From an uncultured Clostridia bacterium (GTDB taxonomy: Bacteria; Bacillota; Clostridia; Oscillospirales; Oscillospiraceae), in the NCBI GenBank assembly GCA_945873295.1, contig CAMCCS010000001.1, positions 19,469-83,468 on the forward strand: a stretch of DNA of 64,000 bases, read 5' to 3'. Under the pieces are notes generated by a model. It was not told where the DNA came from and did no database searches. It worked only from the letters and a program-made list of their open reading frames with translations. This document shows positions 27,755-37,101 of the stretch, in pieces (the first letter of the stretch is position 1; every line of letters starts with the position of its first letter). The translations under genes were made by a program, and so were the position numbers.

Positions 27755-28369
27755 ATGGAAAAGAAAATTATTACGATCAGCCGGGAATTTGGCTCCGGTG
27801 GACGGACCGTTGGACGCATGGTGGCCGAGAAGCTCGGCATTCCCTTTTACGACAAGGAGCTGGTAGACCAGATTGCTTTGGAGTCCGGGTTCGCTCCTAA
27901 ATTTGTAGAGGAACACGGAGAGCATTCCCCCGGCAGCAGCCTGTTTTCCTACGCCTTCGCCCCCCAGGGTGTCCCCGGCGTGATGAACGGCCTTTCCACG
28001 GCGGACTTTCTGTGGAACATTCAGTGCAACGTGATATTGCAGCTTGCCGACAAGGGCCCCTGCGTGATCGTTGGCCGAAACGCGGACTATATTCTCAAAG
28101 ACCGGCAGGACGCCCTGCATGTTTTCGTGTTCGCGGACATTCCCTACCGGGCTGACCGGATTGTTCGGCTGTACGGCGAATCGGAGAAGGCCCCCGAAGC
28201 ACGGCTTCAGGAGAAGGATAAGCGCCGCCGGGTCAACTACCAGCACTACACCGGCAGGACCTGGGGCATGTCCCAGAACTACAACCTGTGCCTGGACACC
28301 GGGGTACTGGGCATTGAGCAGTGCGTGGACTTTATCACAAACGCGGTAATCAAGTCCCGGGAAGCATAA
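27755..28369 (+). CDS. Cytidylate kinase-like family protein
   Basis: ITISREFGSGG, CVIVGRNADYIL, DKRR..NYQHYTG..WG. Confidence 0.85.
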   Translation: MEKKIITISREFGSGGRTVGRMVAEKLGIPFYDKELVDQIALESGFAPKFVEEHGEHSPGSSLFSYAFAPQGVPGVMNGLSTADFLWNIQCNVILQLADKGPCVIVGRNADYILKDRQDALHVFVFADIPYRADRIVRLYGESEKAPEARLQEKDKRRRVNYQHYTGRTWGMSQNYNLCLDTGVLGIEQCVDFITNAVIKSREA

Positions 28370-28382
28370 GCTACATATTTTT

Positions 28383-28410
28383 CGGCGCAGACAGGTTTCT
28401 GTCTGCGCCG
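28383..28410 (+). terminator. Rho-independent terminator
   Basis: CGGCGCAGACAG-GTTT-CTGTCTGCGCCG followed by TTT. Confidence 0.75.
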
Positions 28411-28412
28411 TT

Positions 28413-28617
28413 TAAACTGTCAGGAAAGCCCCAAAGGGCTTTCCTGACAAAAGAATTGCAGTCTGCCGCGCGCACTCGGCGAACGCTATTCGCGTACGCC
28501 TCGCACACTTGCAGCCTGATAGGTATTTTCTGCCAGGTACACGCCCTGGCAGAAAATGTTTTAAATTCATTTGCCGACAAGCGAGCGGCATACTCTGCGA
28601 GGTTTTTTATCAAGCTG
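28413..28617. mobile_element. MITE-like dispersed repeat
   Basis: Degenerate ends (AAACTGTCAGGAAA / TTTTTATCAAGCTG); internal hairpins TGTCAGGAAAGCCC-CAAA-GGGCTTTCCTGACA and ATTTTCTGCCAGG..CCTGGCAGAAAAT; no credible ORF. Confidence 0.5.
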
Positions 28618-28644
28618 TTTGGTTTTTTTCGCTTTTGGAGAGGA

Positions 28645-29793
28645 TCAAACCTTTGCCGGTTCCTGGCCGATATGGACATTCACGCCGTTGACCTCCACGG
28701 TTTCGTCCGCGGGGATCAAGATGTACTTCACGCCCCCGATGATCCGGGTCTCGATCATGTCCGCACGGGCGGGATCCACACGGATCACCGCATCCGGGGT
28801 CTGCACCTGGAAATGCTTGTTGTCGATGATATTCTTGGGGTGCAGCGCCGCGTCAAAGCCGAAAGTGGAATCGTAGTCTACACTGAATTTGGCCACGTGC
28901 TCCTGGGAAACCCCGCAGTTTTCCAGCACGCCCTTTACATCCTCTTTCCCGATGAGCAGAGGATCGGGGACCTTGCTCTCCTTGTGGAGCTCGATACGCT
29001 GGCACAGCTCATCATGGACGGACTGTACAACATCCATGCTGCACTCCTCCCCCAGGGCATCGGAAAGCAGCTCCTCAAAGCACTTTTTTTGCTCCGCGGC
29101 GGGCTTGGGAATGGGAACATTGAATAAGTTTTCCACCAGCGCGTCCTGGCTGACCTTGATATTGTGGGTGTAGTAGAGGGCGTTATAGAGGTTCGTGGAA
29201 CGGTTGTCAAAGGCCGGGAACAGGAAGCCCAGCTCCGGGGCGCTGACCGGCTGGTTCATGGCGCCGTCCCGGAAGCATTTTTCCTCCGGCACATAGTGCA
29301 GGGTGGCTTTTGTCTGCTTCACCGGGCAGACAGCGCAGACGAGGAAGCGGTAGGTCTCGTCGGCGTTGTCCTTTCCAAAGGAACCATCCTTACTCTTAAA
29401 GGGCACATCGTAGCTGTCGCAGCCCACAAGGATCAGGTAGTTTCCCTCCAAAACCACATTCTCGATGATCTTCTGGTAGAACGCTCCCAGTTTTTCCTCG
29501 TCTTCCAGGCCGCTGGAACGAAGATCCATGAGAAGCTGATGCTCCGGACTGCCGGCAACCTGGGAGGTCTTAAAGCTCAGGTCAATGAGGTTTTTGCCTA
29601 TGCCGCCGGAAAGCACCCGGCGCAGAATGGCAAAATATTTTTCCCCCTCATTTTCAGACATCATGCCGGTGCTCTGGCGGAAAGAGGCAATGATCTCTTT
29701 GTTATCGTTGACATAGCAGCCGAAGATGGCCGTCATATTGCTCCGGTCCCGGCGCAGATGCCGCCGGATCTCACCGATTTCCTTTTCGTTCAT
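28645..29793 (-). CDS. DUF4317 family protein
   Basis: MNEKEI.EIRR, GCYV, LGFLFPAFDNRSTN, VEVNG motifs; RBS AAGGAGA. Confidence 0.8.
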   Translation of the reverse strand: MNEKEIGEIRRHLRRDRSNMTAIFGCYVNDNKEIIASFRQSTGMMSENEGEKYFAILRRVLSGGIGKNLIDLSFKTSQVAGSPEHQLLMDLRSSGLEDEEKLGAFYQKIIENVVLEGNYLILVGCDSYDVPFKSKDGSFGKDNADETYRFLVCAVCPVKQTKATLHYVPEEKCFRDGAMNQPVSAPELGFLFPAFDNRSTNLYNALYYTHNIKVSQDALVENLFNVPIPKPAAEQKKCFEELLSDALGEECSMDVVQSVHDELCQRIELHKESKVPDPLLIGKEDVKGVLENCGVSQEHVAKFSVDYDSTFGFDAALHPKNIIDNKHFQVQTPDAVIRVDPARADMIETRIIGGVKYILIPADETVEVNGVNVHIGQEPAKV

Positions 29794-29903
29794 ATGAAAT
29801 CTCCTTATTGTCATTGGTTGTGCCCGGAGATTATAACACAACCAGGTCAAAAAATCCAGTGAAAAGAGACTTTATTCCATGGGATAGAAAAAAGTGGAGG
29901 CTT

Positions 29904-30062
29904 ATACTAATATGCGATTGAAAGTAGACTTGGCTTTCCGAGCATAAATCGTGATAAAAAAGGCCGAGGACGCAGATGGGCTTTCTGCCCATCAAGGACG
30001 AGAACGCATTTTAGCGCGATTTAGGCCGGAAAGACTGTCTGATTTTAATCGCATATTAGTAT
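29904..30062. mobile_element. MITE with long terminal inverted repeats
   Basis: ATACTAATATGCGATTGAAA / TTTTAATCGCATATTAGTAT (19/20 match), continuing imperfectly to ~55 bp; central GATGGGC..GCCCATC hairpin; TTA on both flanks. Confidence 0.75.
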
Positions 30063-30095
30063 TAGATGGGAAGTTCCCGTCCAAGCCTCCTTTTT

Positions 30096-30974
30096 TTACC
30101 ATTCTTCCTGAGAGAACAGGGTAATCGGAATCTCGATTTCCCGGTAGCTGTCGATCACGGTCTGAGCCTCCGCTTCGGAAGCAGGCGTTTTATCGAAGCC
30201 CACAAACCAGGGATTGTCCGGATCCTGCGATGCGTCAAAGGTCACGATCTGCTCCTGCACCAGGCTGCTGCCCACAAGCCGGTACATGGTATAGCTGCTT
30301 TCCGCGGCGCTGTTGGAGCCGTAATTTTTGATGGTTCCATTTTCACAGAGCTGATAGGAATTCCGCTCAAAGCCGCTTGCCAGATGAACCGTCTTCCCGT
30401 TTTCCACGGTATAAAGGTCATACATCACATTCCCGTCGGAAACGATCAGCTCCGCCACACCGTTTCCGTCCAGATCCCGGTAGCACCAGCCGAGCCCGTC
30501 CAGTCCTTCCACGAAGCCTGTGAGCATGCTGATGTCTTCCTCGCTGCACTGTCCGGGATCCTTGTTCTCCCGGATGGCGGTGACATATTTTTCCAAAATA
30601 GGACGGTACAGGGCATCCTCCGCAGCACCTGCCGCACTTTGTGCAGTGTCGGCTACGCTTTCCGCAGCTTCGGCTCTCACGCCTTGATCCATGTAAGCGG
30701 CGTTGGTTTCCGCATCCATGGCTGCCAGCTCCGCGGGGCTGTCCTTTGACTTCAGGATCGCACTGCCGCCAAACCACACGACCACTGCCAGCATGGCAAC
30801 CAGCCCCAGAGATGCCGCAATCGTAGAAAACCGGAAGCCACTGGAGGGTTTTTCCCTGCGGAGTTCCAGGGGGCGGTTATCCTTCTCCGCCATAATCGCG
30901 TTCCACATTTTATCCTTCTGTTCCTGGGTAGGCCGGACATCGGAATAGGCGTTGCGAACTGTCTGTCTTGTCAT
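30096..30974 (-). CDS. Putative anti-sigma factor membrane protein
   Basis: Translationally coupled to the ECF sigma gene; short cytoplasmic N-terminus, one TM, extracellular domain with DLDGNGVAELIV. Confidence 0.65.
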   Translation of the reverse strand: MTRQTVRNAYSDVRPTQEQKDKMWNAIMAEKDNRPLELRREKPSSGFRFSTIAASLGLVAMLAVVVWFGGSAILKSKDSPAELAAMDAETNAAYMDQGVRAEAAESVADTAQSAAGAAEDALYRPILEKYVTAIRENKDPGQCSEEDISMLTGFVEGLDGLGWCYRDLDGNGVAELIVSDGNVMYDLYTVENGKTVHLASGFERNSYQLCENGTIKNYGSNSAAESSYTMYRLVGSSLVQEQIVTFDASQDPDNPWFVGFDKTPASEAEAQTVIDSYREIEIPITLFSQEEW

Positions 30975-31456
30975 CAGGCATCACCTCCCAAATCCTTTTT
31001 CAGTGCCTGTCTTGCCCGTGACAGCCGGCTCCGGACGGTGCCCTGCCGGCATCCCAAAGCCTGGGCGATTTCCGCCGAGGAATAGCCCTCGTAGTAATAC
31101 ATGTAGACCGCCGTCTTCTGGTCCCTGGGCAGGGCAAGGATCGCTTCCAGAACGGGGTTCCATTCCGGGCCCTCCTGGGCGATCTCCGGCAGTTCCTCAA
31201 TGCTGGTATGCTTGCGCCAGGATCGGCGCAGGGCATCCTTGCACACATTGGAAGCTGTCACAATGAGCCACGCCTTTTCATGTTTTTCTGACTGAAAAAC
31301 CGTTCCGTTGGACATCAGGCGCAGAAAGGTTTCCTGCACCATATCTTCCGTATCCGCTCTGGTTTTCATGAAGGAGAAACAGATACGGTACACAGTGTCC
31401 ACCTGACGGTTGTAAATATCCATGATTTCTTTGTCCGTACGCAACAAAGAAGCCAT
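30974..31456 (-). CDS. ECF-type RNA polymerase sigma factor
   Basis: EDMVQETFL, KAWLI, YYYEGYSSAEIA..LG...GTVRSRLSRAR; RBS AGGAGG. Confidence 0.92.
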   Translation of the reverse strand: MASLLRTDKEIMDIYNRQVDTVYRICFSFMKTRADTEDMVQETFLRLMSNGTVFQSEKHEKAWLIVTASNVCKDALRRSWRKHTSIEELPEIAQEGPEWNPVLEAILALPRDQKTAVYMYYYEGYSSAEIAQALGCRQGTVRSRLSRARQALKKDLGGDA

Positions 31457-31481
31457 GCATACCACCTCCTTCCGGTATAGA

Positions 31482-31508
31482 TACGTTTCAAAAACGAATT
31501 GTGTTGCA
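31482..31508 (-). promoter_or_regulatory. Autoregulatory ECF promoter
   Basis: TGCAAC-17bp-CGTA, resembling SigV/SigW-type promoters, directly upstream of the sigma gene. Confidence 0.6.
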
Positions 31509-31570
31509 TGTATAAAAAAGGATTCCCGGAAAATACCGGATGATTCTTTTCCCGGGCTTCCCACCTGGAA

Positions 31571-31609
31571 ACAGGTTTTTCATTCGTCCTTTCCGCATGA
31601 AAAACCTGT
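31571..31609 (-). terminator. Terminator after pgsA
   Basis: ACAGGTTTTTCAT...ATGAAAAACCTGT. Confidence 0.6.
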
Positions 31610-31635
31610 CACCCGCGGCAAGCCCGGGAATGCAT

Positions 31636-32166
31636 TCAGTTCCAGAGACACTTCCAGTTTTTGATAAAATATTCCGCGCCGGAATACACAGTGGTCCCCG
31701 CGATCATTACCACAACTGTCCAGATGACAGCGGCATTTTCCGGAAATACCATCAGTACGCAAAGGCCCACCATGGTGCTGGCAGTCTTGATTTTCCCGCT
31801 CCATCCGGCGGCGATGACGCTTCCCTTGGAAGCTGCCACCATCCGCAATCCCGAAACCGCGAATTCACGGGTCAGGACGATCATCAGCGCCCAGGCAGGA
31901 AACCGGCCCCACTCACAGAACATGCTCATGGCGGCAATGGTCAGAAGCTTGTCAGCCAGGGGATCCAGGAATTTGCCGAAGTCGCTGACCTGGTTGCACC
32001 GCCGGGCAATCTGGCCGTCTATGTAGTCCGTCAGGCTTGCCAAAATGAAGATGGCAAGCCCCGCCCACATCCAGGGCCCCGCCGTACCGCCGCTGAGATA
32101 CATGGCCACGAGGTACGCCGGGATCATGGCCACCCGAACCAGAGTGATCTTACTTGCTAAAGTCAT
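31636..32166 (-). CDS. pgsA: CDP-diacylglycerol--glycerol-3-phosphate 3-phosphatidyltransferase
   Basis: TDYIDGQIARR...GKFLDPLADKL. Confidence 0.95.
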   Translation of the reverse strand: MTLASKITLVRVAMIPAYLVAMYLSGGTAGPWMWAGLAIFILASLTDYIDGQIARRCNQVSDFGKFLDPLADKLLTIAAMSMFCEWGRFPAWALMIVLTREFAVSGLRMVAASKGSVIAAGWSGKIKTASTMVGLCVLMVFPENAAVIWTVVVMIAGTTVYSGAEYFIKNWKCLWN

Positions 32167-33500
32167 CTGTCTGTCTCCTCCACAACATAACCGGACAGGT
32201 CCCCGTCCACAGTGCCGTCAATATGGACGGTTACAAAGCTTCCCTCACGCAAAGGCTCATCAGAGGCTATATAGACCCGTCCGTCAATATCCGGAGAGTC
32301 AGCATAGGTCCGTCCGTAGAACTGCTCAAATTCCTCGTCGTAGCCGTCCACCAGGACCTCCATATCCGTACCCACCCGGGAAGCATTGTAGTCATCCATG
32401 ATGCCGGACTGAAGCTCCTCAATGATCCGTACCCGCTCGGCGGCGGTGTCCGCGTCCACATGCTCCATCCGGGCCGCCGGGGTCCCCTCCTCCGGAGAGA
32501 ACACAAAGGCGCCAACCCGCTCCATTCTGGTTTCCTTCAGGAAGTCCAGAAGCTCATGAAACTCCGCCTCTCCCTCACCGGGAAGACCCGCAATGAGGCT
32601 GGTGCGGATAACAAGGCCGGGAATCCTGTCCCGCAGCTTTTGGAGCAGGGACCGCAGAAACGCGCCGTCTCCCCGGCGGTTCATAAGCTTCAGGATCTTA
32701 TCATTGCAGTGCTGAATGGGAATGTCCAGATACTTGACGATCTTGGGTTCTTCGGCAATCACCGAAATCAGTTCGTCATCAATTTCATCCGGATAGACAT
32801 AGTGGACACGGATCCAGTGCAGGCCGTCGATCCGGCAGAGTCTGCGAAGAAGCGCCGGCAAAAGCCGCTTATGTCCGGGCAGGTCCGTGCCGTAGCGGCT
32901 GGTATCCTGGGCCACAACAATCAGCTCTTTAACGCCGTTTTCCGCCAGGGATTCCGCCTCGGTAACAATATCCTCCATCTGCCGGGAGCGGTATCTGCCC
33001 CGCAGATAGGGAATGATGCAGTAGGCGCACCGGTTATCGCAGCCCTCGGCAATCTTTACGAAGGCATAGTGGGCAGGGGTAGTGAGGATCCGGCCCGTCT
33101 CCACCTCGGGGGTATCGATGGAACCGTAAGAAACCACCGTTTTTTCTTCCAGAAGGCTTTCAATGGCCGGGACAATTTCGGTGTAACTCCCGGTGCCCAG
33201 CAGGCCGTCCACCTCGGGCATCTCCTTGCGCACCTCGTCCTGATAACGCTGGCTGAGGCAGCCCGTTACCAGGATTTTTCCCACAAGACCCTGCTCCTTG
33301 AGCTGGGCCACCGCCAGGATGGCGTCAATGGCCTCCGACTTTGCCGAGTCGATAAAGCCGCAGGTATTGATGACCACCACGTCACAGCCGGAAAGCTCAT
33401 ATTCCACGCTGTGCCCCGCCTCCTGGACCCGGTACATCATCCGCTCGCAGTCCACCTGGTTCTTGGCACAGCCCAGGGAAATAAATCCGATTTTTGCCAT
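32163..33500 (-). CDS. rimO: Ribosomal protein S12 methylthiotransferase
   Basis: SLGCAKNQVD, NTCGFI, KIAEGCDNRCAYCIIP, C-terminal TRAM domain. Confidence 0.95.
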   Translation of the reverse strand: MAKIGFISLGCAKNQVDCERMMYRVQEAGHSVEYELSGCDVVVINTCGFIDSAKSEAIDAILAVAQLKEQGLVGKILVTGCLSQRYQDEVRKEMPEVDGLLGTGSYTEIVPAIESLLEEKTVVSYGSIDTPEVETGRILTTPAHYAFVKIAEGCDNRCAYCIIPYLRGRYRSRQMEDIVTEAESLAENGVKELIVVAQDTSRYGTDLPGHKRLLPALLRRLCRIDGLHWIRVHYVYPDEIDDELISVIAEEPKIVKYLDIPIQHCNDKILKLMNRRGDGAFLRSLLQKLRDRIPGLVIRTSLIAGLPGEGEAEFHELLDFLKETRMERVGAFVFSPEEGTPAARMEHVDADTAAERVRIIEELQSGIMDDYNASRVGTDMEVLVDGYDEEFEQFYGRTYADSPDIDGRVYIASDEPLREGSFVTVHIDGTVDGDLSGYVVEETDR

Positions 33501-34129
33501 TATTCGTCCTCCGGTAATTCATCTGTTTCCAGGGACAGCTGCCGCAGTCCCTCGCGGATGGAAGCATAGCTGTGGCCCCGCCGTGTAAGCGCCGCCACCG
33601 CACGCTGAATATCCCGCTGGTCACATTCCCCTGCCAAACGGGCACGGAGAAAGGAAAGAATCTTCTCCGACTGGTCGGGATAATCTTCCAGGGCTTCGTC
33701 CCAATACTGCCTGGGGATCCGCTTTTCATACAGGGCCTGCTTTGCCCGGGCAAGGCCGTAGCCCTTTGACGCGCAGGACTCCGCCACCTGACGGGCCGTC
33801 GTCCGGTCGTCCACCAGATCGTGGCTTGCCATCCATTCCACTGCCGCCCGGGCATCGTCTTCCTTTTCTCCCTTGCGGATCAGGCGGGACTGGAGATCCT
33901 GCTTGGAAACGCTGGAAGCGGCCACGATCCGCACCGCCCGCATCTTGGCGGACATCTCCCCGGCGGCGGCTTTCAGCCGGTTCGCGTCTTCCTCGCTGAG
34001 TTCCAAACCGGGATAGAGGCCAAAGTCCTCCACCGTTCTGCGGTAAAGCCGCAGCTTGGTGCCGTCGGACAGAATGGTTAAGTACCGTCCCGCCCGGTCC
34101 GGGGCATTGCTCAGGCGGTCAATCCTCAT
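33500..34129 (-). CDS. recX: Regulatory protein RecX
   Basis: Directly downstream of recA; L.RKG, VDD...[17 protein letters not shown] motifs. Confidence 0.85.
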   Translation of the reverse strand: MRIDRLSNAPDRAGRYLTILSDGTKLRLYRRTVEDFGLYPGLELSEEDANRLKAAAGEMSAKMRAVRIVAASSVSKQDLQSRLIRKGEKEDDARAAVEWMASHDLVDDRTTARQVAESCASKGYGLARAKQALYEKRIPRQYWDEALEDYPDQSEKILSFLRARLAGECDQRDIQRAVAALTRRGHSYASIREGLRQLSLETDELPEDE

Positions 34130-35222
34130 CGATAAAGTCGTCGGCCTCCACCGCTACGGGCTTATCCGCGGCCTTGGCGGCGGGCTTGGGGGCGCCGGAC
34201 AGCTTCCACAGGTTCTCCCGAACCTGGGCTTCCACCTGCTCGGCAATCTCGGGGTTGGCCTGGAGGTAGGTCTTTACGCTGTCCTTACCCTGACCAATCC
34301 GCTCGTCGCCCATGGAAAACCAGCTTCCGCTCTTCTGGATAATCTCCATCTGGACCGCCAGATCCACCAGCTCGCCCCACTTGGAGATACCCTGACCGTA
34401 CATAATATCAAAGTAAGCTTCCCGGAAGGGAGGCGCCACCTTGTTCTTGACCACCTTCACCCGGGTCTTGTTACCGATGATGTTGCCGCCCTCCTTGATG
34501 GCCTCCACCTTCCGCACATCCAGGCGGACGGAGGCGTAGAACTTCAGGGCGTTGCCGCCGGTGGTGGTCTCGGGGTTTCCGTACATCACACCGATCTTCA
34601 TACGCAGCTGGTTGATGAAAATGACCACACAGTTGGTCTTGGCGATGGTACCCGCCAGCTTCCGCAGGGCCTGGGACATGAGCCGGGCCTGCAGGCCCAC
34701 AAAGGTGTCGCCCATTTCGCCCTCGATTTCCTGCTTGGGAACCAGGGCCGCTACGGAGTCCACAACCACCGCGTCCACCGCGCCGGAACGCACCAGGGCG
34801 TCGGTAATTTCCAGGGCCTGCTCGCCGGTGTCCGGCTGGGAAACCAGCAGATTGTCCGTATCCACACCCAGCGCAGCAGCGTACACCGGATCCAGGGCAT
34901 GCTCCGCATCCACGAAAGCGACCTCACCGCCCCGCTTCTGGGCTTCCGCCAGAATGTGCAGAGCCAGGGTAGTCTTACCGGAGGACTCGGGGCCGTAGAT
35001 TTCGATAATCCGTCCCTTGGGGACGCCGCCGATACCCAAAGCCGCATCCAGTGCCAGAGATCCGGTGGGAATGGCTTCCACGTTCATCTCCGGCCGGTCA
35101 CCCAGCCGCATAACGGTGCCCTTGCCGAAATTCTTGTCGATCTGCGCCAGGGCGGTCTGCAGTGCCTTCTTCTTGTCGGAGGCGGGGGTGGGTGCTTCAT
35201 ACACGGTTTTTTTCTGTGCCAT
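34119..35222 (-). CDS. recA: Recombinase A
   Basis: [42 protein letters not shown]. Confidence 0.99.
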   Translation of the reverse strand: MAQKKTVYEAPTPASDKKKALQTALAQIDKNFGKGTVMRLGDRPEMNVEAIPTGSLALDAALGIGGVPKGRIIEIYGPESSGKTTLALHILAEAQKRGGEVAFVDAEHALDPVYAAALGVDTDNLLVSQPDTGEQALEITDALVRSGAVDAVVVDSVAALVPKQEIEGEMGDTFVGLQARLMSQALRKLAGTIAKTNCVVIFINQLRMKIGVMYGNPETTTGGNALKFYASVRLDVRKVEAIKEGGNIIGNKTRVKVVKNKVAPPFREAYFDIMYGQGISKWGELVDLAVQMEIIQKSGSWFSMGDERIGQGKDSVKTYLQANPEIAEQVEAQVRENLWKLSGAPKPAAKAADKPVAVEADDFIDED

Positions 35223-35224
35223 AT

Positions 35225-36100
35225 TTATCGTTCCTTCCTGTCCAGCCGCGCCAGCACGGCTCTTTCTCTGTCATTATAGTCCCGGCGTCTGTCCAGGACC
35301 GTATAGCCTTCCCTTTCCAGGATCCGGCAGACTTCGTCTCCCTGCCCCATGCCGAACTCAAAGCACATAAGGCCCCCGGGCTTCAGGGCATTGCGAAAGT
35401 TCACACAGATAGCCCGGTAAAAGTCCAGGCCATCCTCTCCGCCGTATAGGGCAAGGGCGGGTTCATAATTTTTTACACTATCGGGAAGTTCCTCCATTTC
35501 CGCCTTTGTGACGTAGGGCGGATTGGAGACAATCATATCAAACTTTCCCAGAAACGCCGAACAGGGCACCCGGGCGTCCACCTGAATGGAGCTGACCCGG
35601 CCTCCCAGGTGATTGCGCTGGATATTCCGCTTGGCTACCGCCAGGGCTTCCTTGGAAATATCCGCAAGCGTCACCCGGGCATCCTTCACCCGGCTGGCTA
35701 TGGCCAGGCCAATGCAGCCGGAGCCGCAGCACAGGTCCAGGATCCGGGGGTCCTGATCCAGGAAAAGGGCCTTGTTGATGGCAAGCTCCGCCACGGCGCA
35801 GGTGTCATCCCTGGGGATCAGAACATCCTCCGTCACATACAGCGGCAGCCCGTAAAATTCCCACTCCCCCAGCACATAGGCAAGGGGCTCGCCCCGGAGC
35901 AGGCGCTGTACATTGCGCTCCATTTCCCGGCACACCGCCTCCGGCGCGTACTGCTCCCGGTTCGCGAGGATTTCCTCCTGGCTTTTGCCGGAGGCCTTGC
36001 ACAGGAGATTTCTGGCCATCAGTCCGGCGGTCTGGGTATCCTCGTTTCCCAGAAGCGCCTGCCGGGTTTCCAGATACAACTGGCCGTACCGTTTTACCAC
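35225..36100 (-). CDS. prmC: Release factor glutamine methyltransferase
   Basis: [29 protein letters not shown]; GTG start overlaps the DUF1385 stop. Confidence 0.93.
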   Translation of the reverse strand: MVKRYGQLYLETRQALLGNEDTQTAGLMARNLLCKASGKSQEEILANREQYAPEAVCREMERNVQRLLRGEPLAYVLGEWEFYGLPLYVTEDVLIPRDDTCAVAELAINKALFLDQDPRILDLCCGSGCIGLAIASRVKDARVTLADISKEALAVAKRNIQRNHLGGRVSSIQVDARVPCSAFLGKFDMIVSNPPYVTKAEMEELPDSVKNYEPALALYGGEDGLDFYRAICVNFRNALKPGGLMCFEFGMGQGDEVCRILEREGYTVLDRRRDYNDRERAVLARLDRKER

Positions 36101-37086
36101 CGGTCCGCCCCCTCCTTTTCCGGCAGAACCGCCTCCACCGCCGCGATGCCCACCTCGATCATACCATCGTCCGGCTCGCCCGTGGTAAAGTTCTGCATCC
36201 ACATGCCGGGTGCGGTCAGGATCCGGGTGAGGGCGTTGTCGTGCCGTCCGGCCCAGCGGTTAATCTCATAAGTGATTCCCACCACCAGGGGCAGGAGCAG
36301 CAGCTTATAGACGATCATCAGCAGCCGGTACAGGAAGGTGCCTCGCAGCGCCGCCAGGGAAGGCACCACCGACAGCAGTGCGGAAGACGCAACGGAAAAC
36401 ACCAGAATGGAAATCACCATTACCACCAGCAGGAAGCTGGTGCCGCACCGGGGATGCAGCCGGGTTTGCCTGCGAACATTCTCCACCGTCAGGGGAAGCC
36501 CTGCCTCATAGCAGCGGATGGTCTTGTGCTCCGCCCCGTGGTAGGCAAACACCCGCTTCATTTCCCCCATCCGGGAAATGAGAATCATGTAGGCCATAAA
36601 AATCACCATGCGGATCACACCCTCCAGAAGGTTAACCCCCAGAGTGCTGCCGATCCACCGGTCAAAGGGGGAAGCGATCACCATGGGCAGCAGGAAAAAC
36701 AGGCCGATGGAAAGGCCCAGGCCCATTGCCACAGCCAGGCCCACGATCACCTTCTGAAAGGTCTCGTTTCCCAGCTTCTTTTCCAGCCACTTGTCAAATT
36801 TACTGGGCTCCTCCTGCTCCTCCTCAGGAGCAAGGTCTGCCGAGTGCATCAGAGCCTTCACCCCGGTGACCTGGGCATCAAAGAAATTGAAGATACCCCG
36901 GAAAAAGGGCCAGGTCCGAAAGGAACCGGGGCGGCTGAGCTTCCGGTCCTTGACCTCCAGGTGCAGACCGTCGGCAGTGCGCACCACCACCGCGTCCTTT
37001 TCCGGGCCGCGCATCATGATCCCCTCGATCAGGGCCTGACCGCCGATCATGGTGCGGAATTTTTCACAGCATTGCTTTTCTTCCAT
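36094..37086 (-). CDS. DUF1385 membrane protein
   Basis: IGGQALIEG, YHGAEHKTI, HPRCGTSF; conserved position before prmC. Confidence 0.9.
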   Translation of the reverse strand: MEEKQCCEKFRTMIGGQALIEGIMMRGPEKDAVVVRTADGLHLEVKDRKLSRPGSFRTWPFFRGIFNFFDAQVTGVKALMHSADLAPEEEQEEPSKFDKWLEKKLGNETFQKVIVGLAVAMGLGLSIGLFFLLPMVIASPFDRWIGSTLGVNLLEGVIRMVIFMAYMILISRMGEMKRVFAYHGAEHKTIRCYEAGLPLTVENVRRQTRLHPRCGTSFLLVVMVISILVFSVASSALLSVVPSLAALRGTFLYRLLMIVYKLLLLPLVVGITYEINRWAGRHDNALTRILTAPGMWMQNFTTGEPDDGMIEVGIAAVEAVLPEKEGADRW

Positions 37087-37101
37087 GGGTTAACCTCTCT
37101 G

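Noticed and set aside
35223-35300. LexA (Cheo) box upstream of recA
   Set aside because: No GAAC-N4-GTTC seen; recA directly follows prmC.
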